Below are positions 57,199-64,000 of a stretch of DNA of 64,000 nt, in pieces. A program made the position numbers and the translations under genes. Under the pieces are notes generated by a model, which saw nothing but the letters and a program-made list of their open reading frames with translations, was not told the DNA's origin and searched no databases. Each line of letters starts with the position of its first letter. Positions within the stretch are counted from its first letter, which is position 1. The stretch is from an uncultured Pseudomonadota bacterium (GTDB lineage Bacteria > Pseudomonadota > Alphaproteobacteria > Rs-D84). Where the stretch lies: positions 46,438 through 110,437 of the forward strand of contig CALABO010000013.1 of the NCBI GenBank assembly GCA_937885575.1, written 5' to 3'.

Positions 57199-57678
57199 AT
57201 GAAAAAGTCAATGATTTCGGTAATAACTTTTTTAACCATCATTGTTTTGATGGCGGCGTTTGATTTTTCACTGGGGCCCGATACGGTGATAAATGTCCCG
57301 GCGGATATGCGGGGAAAGGCTTTATTCATATGTCCCGCCGAAAGCAGTTTATGGGACGCACTTGCCGCCGGGTTCGGACATTTTTATAAATATATAACAA
57401 TCGGATTTTTCTTTGCGGCGATTATATTGGTGTTTGTTTGGGGGTGGGCGCTGTATCAAAATTTATTAAAAGATTCATTTAAGAAAGATGATTTTTCCAA
57501 ACCGTGGGGATTTACCAAGTTGCTTTTTTGGGCCGGCGTTATAATGATGCTTGTGTTTAACACACCAAACAAATATCGCACGGTTAGTGTCACGAACAAA
57601 CCGGGAAACTGGGTTTTATGCGAAAGTTCATCGGACGGTGCGCGCGCCGTGAACAGCAACCTTGTCCACGCAAGATAA
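57199..57678 (+). CDS. Hypothetical membrane protein (159 aa)
   Basis: ATG 57199 with an AAAGGAAA RBS. N-terminal signal/TM plus further TM helices. Confidence 0.55.
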   Translation: MKKSMISVITFLTIIVLMAAFDFSLGPDTVINVPADMRGKALFICPAESSLWDALAAGFGHFYKYITIGFFFAAIILVFVWGWALYQNLLKDSFKKDDFSKPWGFTKLLFWAGVIMMLVFNTPNKYRTVSVTNKPGNWVLCESSSDGARAVNSNLVHAR

Positions 57679-57707
57679 TAAAAATTTCGGTTTTTTATAA
57701 ATACATC

Positions 57708-57736
57708 TTGACTTGCACGGCGGAATTCTCTACGAT
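57708..57736 (+). promoter_or_regulatory. Sigma70-like promoter upstream of hup
   Basis: TTGACT, 17-nt spacer, TACGAT. About 140 nt upstream of the hup ATG. Confidence 0.45.
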
Positions 57737-57882
57737 TCGGTCAGGCGTTTCGGGCAATGCCCCTGAAAATTGCTTGGTTGCGTTTCGTTATGTTTTGTAA
57801 TGGGCGCAAATACAATGATTTTCATGGGCATTGCCAACGGAACGTTGGACACCTTAAATAAATTTATGAAAGGAGAAAACAA

Positions 57883-58155
57883 ATGAACAAAATGCAATTA
57901 ATCGAAGCAATCGCAAACGAAGTTGACATCACCAAAGCAACCGCGGCGGCATGTCTTGATGCGTTTATCAACACCGTCACGAAAGTTCTGAAAAAGAAGG
58001 GTGACGTTCGTTTGGTCGGTTTTGGAACATTCACAACCGCAAAACGCAAGGCCACAACCGGCCGCAACCCACAAACGGGTGCCGCTATCAAAATTCCGGC
58101 CTCTACTCAGCCGAAATTTAAAGCTGGCAAGGCTTTGAAAGATGCTTTGAATTAA
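57883..58155 (+). CDS. hup: DNA-binding protein HU
   Basis: 90 aa containing ..[28 protein letters not shown]... Confidence 0.93.
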   Translation: MNKMQLIEAIANEVDITKATAAACLDAFINTVTKVLKKKGDVRLVGFGTFTTAKRKATTGRNPQTGAAIKIPASTQPKFKAGKALKDALN

Positions 58156-58176
58156 ACTATTGTTTGATTTATTGCG

Positions 58177-58203
58177 CACCCCGCAATTGCGGGGTGTTTT
58201 TTT
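58177..58203 (+). terminator. Intrinsic terminator after hup
   Basis: caccccgc-aatt-gcggggtg followed by ttttttt. Confidence 0.85.
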
Positions 58204-58278
58204 GATACTATTTTCCTTGTGTTTATTATAAAAAATCTGTAATATTCCTGCTGAATTTTTAACAAAGGACTTTATAAT

Positions 58279-60120
58279 ATGGTAAAATTACACGAATATA
58301 TTGAACCCGAAGATAACCTTGAACCGGATCTTGAATTGGATTCTGATACAGGGGAAGATTTATCTGTGCATGTTTCAAACGAAAAACCGGGCAAAAAGAA
58401 AAAAAACGCGGCATCAAATTCAAATGATGAACGGGTGTATTTTATGGCGCTTGGCGGATTGGAACACGTTGGGCAAAATATGTACCTTTACAAATACAAG
58501 AATAAATTTATCGTGGTTGATTGCGGCATGGGATTTTTGGAAGAGGAAATCGGTGCCGGCGATGTGCAGTATTGCGATACAAAATGGCTTGAAAAACATA
58601 AGAAAGATGTTATCGCGTTCGTTATCACGCATGGGCACGAAGATCATATTGGCGCACTTAAATACATTTGGCCAAAATTCCGCAAACCGATTTATTGCAC
58701 GCGTTTTCCGGCGGAAATTTTGCGTCAAACTTTTCGTGGCATTGAATTGGACTTTGACCCAAAGCGCGACATTATTGAATTTGATGCGGCGGGCGCGACA
58801 TTGAAACTTGACCCTTTTGAAATTGAAACTTTCCACGTAAGTCATTCTGTGCCAGAGGCGCAAATGTTAATTATCAAAACCGGCGCGGGCAAGATTTTAC
58901 ACACTGGCGATTGGACATTTAATGATGATAATCCGATTGAACCGGGGACGGATTATGCGCGCCTGCGTGAAATTGGTTCGGATCCGCGGCTTATTGCGTG
59001 CGCGTGTGATTCGACATCTGTGTCGCGCCAAAATCCGCAAACAACGGAAATTCAGGTTCGTGACACACTGACGCAAATTATGCGTGACGCGCCGGGGCGC
59101 GTTATTGTCACGGGCTATTCACGCAGTATCGCGCGATTGAAGATGTTTGCCGAGGCCGCACGCGCAACGGGCCGTATGGCGGCGATAAAGGAACGCAGTA
59201 ATCCAAATCCCGTGCCATACGTTGGTTTGCCGGAATTCCGTGAAATGGGAATTGAATTCAAATATTTGGCCGAAAATGATATTTACCAATATTCGGAAAT
59301 CAAAGATTTGCCGGCGGAAAAACAGGCGATATTCCTAACGGGATCCCAGGGCGAAAAATACGCAATGCTTACGCGCCTTTGCCGCGGCCAGGTAAAGGAA
59401 ATGAAACTTATGCCGACGGACACGGTCGTGTTCAGTGCGATTATTATTCCCGGCCGCGAACAAGATGTTTCGTTCCTGTATAACAAACTTGCGAAAATGG
59501 GAATTCGGACTCACACGATTTACGACACCGACCATGTGCACGCCAGTGGCCACGCCGGCCGGCCAGAACTTGAACGATTCTATGATATGGTCCATCCCCA
59601 GGTTTCAATCCCGATGCATGGCGATTATATAAACGAAATGCTGAACGGGAAAATGGCGATGGAACGCGGCGGCGCAAAGCATATGATGTTGGTGCGAAAT
59701 GGCGAAATGATTGCACTGGGCGATGGTGCGGAACCATATGTATGCGAAACAATCGAAACCGGATATGTTGTGATGGAGGGCGAAACCGAACGCAGTGCCA
59801 ATGACCCTGTTTACAAAAATCGCAAGAAAATCGCATCGAACGGCGCGATATTTGTGACATTACCGGTGGACAAGCGCGGATACCTGAAGGGCACGCCAGA
59901 GGTTTCCAGTGCGGGCATTTTTGAATCTGATACGACCGGGTTTATGAAGCGTCAAATTCAAATCGAAATTACCAAGGCGATTGATGAATTGTCGAAAACC
60001 GAACGCAAATCCCAAGATAACCTGATTCGTGCGGTTCAAACGGCGGCGAACAAGGTTGTGCGCGCATCGCTTGGCGCGGATAAAAAACCGCAATACAGTG
60101 TGCACTTTGTGCAGAAGTAG
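58279..60120 (+). CDS. rnj: Ribonuclease J
   Basis: 613 aa. HGHEDH metallo-beta-lactamase motif and beta-CASP layout, with a charged N-terminal extension. The stop TAG is formed at a repeat edge. Confidence 0.88.
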   Translation: MVKLHEYIEPEDNLEPDLELDSDTGEDLSVHVSNEKPGKKKKNAASNSNDERVYFMALGGLEHVGQNMYLYKYKNKFIVVDCGMGFLEEEIGAGDVQYCDTKWLEKHKKDVIAFVITHGHEDHIGALKYIWPKFRKPIYCTRFPAEILRQTFRGIELDFDPKRDIIEFDAAGATLKLDPFEIETFHVSHSVPEAQMLIIKTGAGKILHTGDWTFNDDNPIEPGTDYARLREIGSDPRLIACACDSTSVSRQNPQTTEIQVRDTLTQIMRDAPGRVIVTGYSRSIARLKMFAEAARATGRMAAIKERSNPNPVPYVGLPEFREMGIEFKYLAENDIYQYSEIKDLPAEKQAIFLTGSQGEKYAMLTRLCRGQVKEMKLMPTDTVVFSAIIIPGREQDVSFLYNKLAKMGIRTHTIYDTDHVHASGHAGRPELERFYDMVHPQVSIPMHGDYINEMLNGKMAMERGGAKHMMLVRNGEMIALGDGAEPYVCETIETGYVVMEGETERSANDPVYKNRKKIASNGAIFVTLPVDKRGYLKGTPEVSSAGIFESDTTGFMKRQIQIEITKAIDELSKTERKSQDNLIRAVQTAANKVVRASLGADKKPQYSVHFVQK

Positions 60121-60228
60121 TGGATAGTGGTTAGTGTAAGTGGGTAGTGGTTAGTAGTGTCTGGAATTGGTTCGTAATTGCGGATTTATTCCAAGATACT
60201 ACTAACTACTAACACTCCCCACCAACAC
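60120..60228. repeat. Palindromic repeat unit, short form, flanked by TA
   Basis: Left arm gtggatagtggttagtgtaagtgggtagtggttagtagtgtctggaat, loop, right arm attccaagatactactaactactaacactccccaccaacac. TA at 60118-60119 and 60229-60230. Confidence 0.85.
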
Positions 60229-60298
60229 TAATAACTTTTCTCTGGACATTGAAATTTAATTTCTATACAATGAAAACGCAAAACAAAAAGGAAGGAAA

Positions 60299-60718
60299 AT
60301 GCAAAAAAAATCACCTGCTAAAAAAACCGTGAAACGCGCGGTAAAACGCCCAACCATGGCCGAAATCCCGGCTCCGGAAATGCACGAATGTCATTGTGGC
60401 ACATCGTGCGGATGCGGTTGCCATTGCGGTAAGTTCAAGAAATTTATCGTATTGTTAATCGTGTTTATCTTGGGATTCGCGGTTGCAAAAATCACATGTT
60501 GCCGTGGCCGTCATCACATGCCGAAAATGGAACCAAAGTTTGAAAATGGTTGCTTGGTTGTGGATTCTATTAAATGTCCAAAAATGCAACAGGAATTGAT
60601 CTTTGCTGATACCGATATGAATGGTTGCATCACGCGCATGGAATTTGATTCGGTAAAAAAATCAATGGACAAAAGAATGCGCGAACATCGCAGACACGAA
60701 GAACGCGACGATGATTAA
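60299..60718 (+). CDS. Small membrane protein with Cys/His cluster and EF-hand-like loop
   Basis: Contains CHCGTSCGCGCHCG, a TM helix (FIVLLIVFILGFAVA) and DTDMNGCITRMEF. Confidence 0.6.
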   Translation: MQKKSPAKKTVKRAVKRPTMAEIPAPEMHECHCGTSCGCGCHCGKFKKFIVLLIVFILGFAVAKITCCRGRHHMPKMEPKFENGCLVVDSIKCPKMQQELIFADTDMNGCITRMEFDSVKKSMDKRMREHRRHEERDDD

Positions 60719-60780
60719 TCAAGTTTTTTTGAAAAGTGCACCGCCCAATCGGGCGGTTTCAAATTTTATAAAAAATCGTC

Positions 60781-61401
60781 TTATCGTCCGATTTTGTTTA
60801 CATTTTGTGTAATACCCGCATATTTATCTGTGCCTGGGAAACCGGTGGTTAATTGCAATAATTTATCAATGTTAACACCCTGCGGTCCAATACAATTTTT
60901 CAGTACATATGAAATATTTTCGTTTGATTCGTTTGACCGTTTGCACCATTCAATATATTCTACGCCCGCGCGATAGTATTTATTGTGCCCCGCGTTGCAC
61001 ATATTTATTAGTTCCGTGATATCCTGATTAATCATTCCAGGACTCTGACAGAGATCTTCTTTTTTACGTTTCCCAATTAACTCATGCGCATACTTTTCTA
61101 TATCATAATCAAACGTGGCTATATCAAGTGCGATTTGTTCTGGTGTAAAACCAAACTGTGATGCCGATTCCCCAAGTTTATTAAAAAACGTGCGCACATT
61201 TAATATATTCGCCGTTGCTGTTGAATTATCGATAAGATTTATAATTTCGTGGCCACCCATTCCATGTTGCCAAAGTGCAATTGAATAATCCACAACATTT
61301 TTTGGAACATCACATCCCATCGCAACTTCGTCCGCCAAATCGTCCGGCATTCCCACATTACGCAGAGTTTTTCGCGCAATTAGTCCATCAATCATTCGCA
61401 T
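60781..61401 (-). CDS. Hypothetical protein (206 aa)
   Basis: ORF with no recognised motif. Confidence 0.5.
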   Translation of the reverse strand: MRMIDGLIARKTLRNVGMPDDLADEVAMGCDVPKNVVDYSIALWQHGMGGHEIINLIDNSTATANILNVRTFFNKLGESASQFGFTPEQIALDIATFDYDIEKYAHELIGKRKKEDLCQSPGMINQDITELINMCNAGHNKYYRAGVEYIEWCKRSNESNENISYVLKNCIGPQGVNIDKLLQLTTGFPGTDKYAGITQNVNKIGR

Positions 61402-61410
61402 CGCATATAC

Positions 61411-61980
61411 CTATTTGAAACTAACGCGCGGATTTGCACGTTCAGATTCATCAATTTCAAACAACTTTTCATGCGTAAATCCAAACATGCGCGCAACAAT
61501 ATTGCTTGGGAATTGGTCGATTTGCGTGTTTAGGCCCATAACCACGGTATTATAAAACTGGCGTGCAGATTGAATTTTCGTTTCCGTGTCGGTCAATTCG
61601 CGTTGCAATTCCAAAAAATTTTCATTCGCGCGCAGTGCGGGATACGCCTCGCCCAAGGCGAACAATTTATTTAACGCACTGGCCAGTCCGGTTTCTGCAC
61701 TTGATTTACCATCAACCCCGCGTGCAGACATTGCGGCATTGCGTGCCGCGATAACCGCGGAAAGCGTGTCTTTTTCATGCGCCGCCGCCCCGCGCACGGT
61801 TTCAACCAAATTCGGAATTAAATCATACCGTCGTTTAAGTTGCGTATCAATCGTTGCCCATGCCTCACGTACTTGATTCCGTCGCGCGGCAAGGCCATTA
61901 TAAACCGCAATAAAATACAAAATCAAAACCGCAATAATACCAATCGCCGTCCACATATAAAACTCCTTTTGCTGATGCAT
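61411..61980 (-). CDS. lemA: LemA family protein
   Basis: N-terminal TM and ..YNGLAARRNQVREAWATIDTQLKRRYDLIPNLVETV... Confidence 0.88.
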   Translation of the reverse strand: MHQQKEFYMWTAIGIIAVLILYFIAVYNGLAARRNQVREAWATIDTQLKRRYDLIPNLVETVRGAAAHEKDTLSAVIAARNAAMSARGVDGKSSAETGLASALNKLFALGEAYPALRANENFLELQRELTDTETKIQSARQFYNTVVMGLNTQIDQFPSNIVARMFGFTHEKLFEIDESERANPRVSFK

Positions 61981-62020
61981 AAATTATATCACAAAAATTG
62001 TGCGAAAATCAACTAAACTT

Positions 62021-62072
62021 GCCACTAACACTGACACTAAAAAAAATCCCGCATGCGCGGGATTTTTTATTT
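62021..62072. terminator. Right-arm repeat fragment followed by a bidirectional terminator downstream of cspA
   Basis: gccactaacactgacac followed by aaaaaaaatcccgc-atgc-gcgggatttttt. Confidence 0.7.
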
Positions 62073-62399
62073 CTTCCAGAAAGCAAATCCAGAATGTTTT
62101 TCTTCTTTTTTGCTTTCTTCGCGGGCACGCCGTCTTTCGGCGCGGCGTTCCTGAAATCGCTTCGCGGATTCTTCGTCGCGTTGAACAAGTTTCAATGTTG
62201 TGACCGATAACTTGCCATTACGAACTTCTTCATCAAATTCAACGATATCGCCTTCGTTCAAATATCGCAAATCCGCATTTTTAAGTGAACTTGAATGAAC
62301 AAATACATCATCCGTGTTGCCGTCCGCATCCGGTGTATCCGGCGCAATAAAGCCATAACACTTTTTGCCGTTGTACCATTTTACTTTACCTTGGCGCAT
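62067..62399 (-). CDS. cspA: Cold-shock domain protein with charged C-terminal tail
   Basis: Contains ..GKVKWYNGKKCYGFI.. and ..DVFVH... Confidence 0.88.
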   Translation of the reverse strand: MRQGKVKWYNGKKCYGFIAPDTPDADGNTDDVFVHSSSLKNADLRYLNEGDIVEFDEEVRNGKLSVTTLKLVQRDEESAKRFQERRAERRRAREESKKEEKHSGFAFWKK

Positions 62400-62524
62400 C
62401 TTTTTTTCCTTTACTAATCTTGTTGATGATTCAATCGTTTGATTAAATCTGATTCAATCTTGTCACAATGAAAAAGTAAAATCAAGAAAATAACGCATGT
62501 GCCAAAAAGGACATTTGTCCCCAA

Positions 62525-63931
62525 TTACATATTGCGTTCGGAATTATAATATCGCGAAACTTCATTCATAATAAAATTAAACAGCCGTGTGGCAAGTGTA
62601 TCACCATCAACCCCGCATCCGGCACGCGTATACGGCATTGCCGACACCAAAACAAATCGTGCCATAAAACGGAAAATTGCAATCTCTTGTGTTTTATCCA
62701 ACTTTGATGAAGAATTTGTCACAACAAAAATTTCATTTTTCACCGCGGCATCCAATTTATTCATAATTTTTTCAACGATTGAATGCGGATAATAAAGTTT
62801 GCATTCACGCGGGAACCCTTCGAACAGTGACACATCATTACCGCGACTGTATAAAATATTCCAACCAACGCGTTCAAGCAAATCGTCCAAACACCTGCAT
62901 ATCATTTTATTGTATTGTTCGATTCCGTTTTCCATCATTTCGGCGGCCTCGGTTTCGATTTTCGCGTTTGTTGCACTTGGATCTTCGCGCAACGCGGCAT
63001 AGTAATCATGCGTCCGGCGTTCAAATTCAAAGAACGTTCGAACCTGGCATATAATCTCCATCGGAATAACATTATCCACAGTGCCGATATTCAGAATAAT
63101 TTTCGAATCGCGATAGTTGCGTGGATTTGTGATATCATAGAACTTATCGCGCACCGATATAATTCTTTCTGGCATCATATCGCGCAGTCGTTCGATAAAA
63201 GTTCGCGCTTGGGGAATTAAATCGAACAAGCATTTTACGCGCCACACATCATTTAGGTGCAAGTAAGGTTTCTTAATCTTATCCAATTCGCGCACAAGTT
63301 TCACAACCAAGCAATCTTCACTTTGCCCCATGATGGATAAAACCTCTTCGGCGGCATTCGTCACATAATGGTCCGCAAAAGTTTTGCGAATTTTATCTTC
63401 CATTTTTTTAACCTGCTTGTCACGCCCCGTTTCCGTAAACACACGCGTGACCGCCGATATAACATCATTGATAAAGAACTGATAATATTTCCCGGTTACC
63501 TTGTCCAATGCGCGTTCGACATTTTTCTGGGCGGCAACAATAACCGTCACAATCGATGACACCGACAAATCAATTCTATGCGATGCGCAACATGTAAAAA
63601 ACTGATTCCGCATGGGGTCCGCATCCAAACGATGATTGACCAGGTAGGAACAAAGCGGATTTATATCGACAATCTTTATCGGCCTATCCACCGACAAATC
63701 TGTCGCTGGGTCATATTCGGTCACCGCTGTTTTCGGCGCCCCAAAGCATTTACCCAAAACGTGAAACACATCGCGATAGCAATTCATACCATCAGTGTAA
63801 AGCCGCCGCAAATACTTCGCCGTTTCATTATCTATGCGGCCATCATCGCACGCCTTGTCAATGAACGCGATGTTATGCCGGTCATGGTCGGCGGTCAAAA
63901 TATCAACATCTGGGACGGTTGTTTTTACCAT
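62525..63931 (-). CDS. Divergent RelA/SpoT-like nucleotidyltransferase domain protein (468 aa)
   Basis: Contains ..DVWRVKCLF.. and ..NYRDSKIILNI..IPMEIICQVRTFFEFERRTHDYY.., compared with GYxSxH...EIQIRT...H..Y of alarmone synthetases. Confidence 0.4.
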   Translation of the reverse strand: MVKTTVPDVDILTADHDRHNIAFIDKACDDGRIDNETAKYLRRLYTDGMNCYRDVFHVLGKCFGAPKTAVTEYDPATDLSVDRPIKIVDINPLCSYLVNHRLDADPMRNQFFTCCASHRIDLSVSSIVTVIVAAQKNVERALDKVTGKYYQFFINDVISAVTRVFTETGRDKQVKKMEDKIRKTFADHYVTNAAEEVLSIMGQSEDCLVVKLVRELDKIKKPYLHLNDVWRVKCLFDLIPQARTFIERLRDMMPERIISVRDKFYDITNPRNYRDSKIILNIGTVDNVIPMEIICQVRTFFEFERRTHDYYAALREDPSATNAKIETEAAEMMENGIEQYNKMICRCLDDLLERVGWNILYSRGNDVSLFEGFPRECKLYYPHSIVEKIMNKLDAAVKNEIFVVTNSSSKLDKTQEIAIFRFMARFVLVSAMPYTRAGCGVDGDTLATRLFNFIMNEVSRYYNSERNM

Positions 63932-63943
63932 GCATTCATCCGT

Positions 63944-64000
63944 TTATTTCATTATCGGGAACAGGATAACATCACGCGCAGTTGGTTGATCAAACACAAT
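63944..64000 (-). CDS. C-terminal end of a class II aminoacyl-tRNA synthetase (LysS-like), partial
   Basis: ..IVFDQPTARDVILFPIMK* matches the ..IRDVILFP.. C-terminal signature of LysRS/AspRS-type enzymes. Confidence 0.45.
   Translation of the reverse strand: MVFDQPTARDVILFPIMK

Overview
This is a Gram-negative (proteobacterium-like) chromosomal window. It carries housekeeping blocks: dnaB; frr-uppS-cdsA-rseP-bamA; comM-lepB-rnc-secG; htpX; bamD-murJ-rlpA; era; queA-tgt; alaS; hup-rnj; cspA. There are three tRNAs (Ala-GGC, Arg-ACG, Gly-GCC). Visibly AT-richer accessory DNA is interleaved with these blocks. No rRNA or CRISPR array was seen.

Main observations:
1. A small cassette made of hairpin-type terminal inverted repeats around a DUF559 (Vsr-like) nuclease ORF occurs twice. 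One copy is translated in frame inside queA. The other sits at the 3' end of alaS, bracketed by two copies of the last 15 alaS codons plus stop that differ only at synonymous sites. ORF-less copies of the same hairpin module are scattered through the window in a MITE-like pattern.
2. A second palindromic repeat family (GTGGTTAGTG-type arms around a TCTGGAAT/ATTCCAGA core) sits at gene ends and supplies the TAG stop codon of five genes. Two inverted copies containing a perfect 36-bp inverted repeat bracket a Cys-rich secreted-protein gene.
3. A phage terminase gene is split by a 3.4-kb module carrying dnaB, within a truncated podovirus-like remnant.
4. A roughly 9-kb island is integrated at tRNA-Gly with 17-bp att repeats. 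It encodes an integrase, an SF3-like helicase, an HUH Rep, a membrane-anchored HNH nuclease, lipoproteins and a PLD/Nuc nuclease preceded by an attenuator-like leader.
5. VirB7/VirB8-like genes follow bamA where skp-lpxD-fabZ-lpxA is usual.

All domain calls come from motif recognition by eye; no searches were run.
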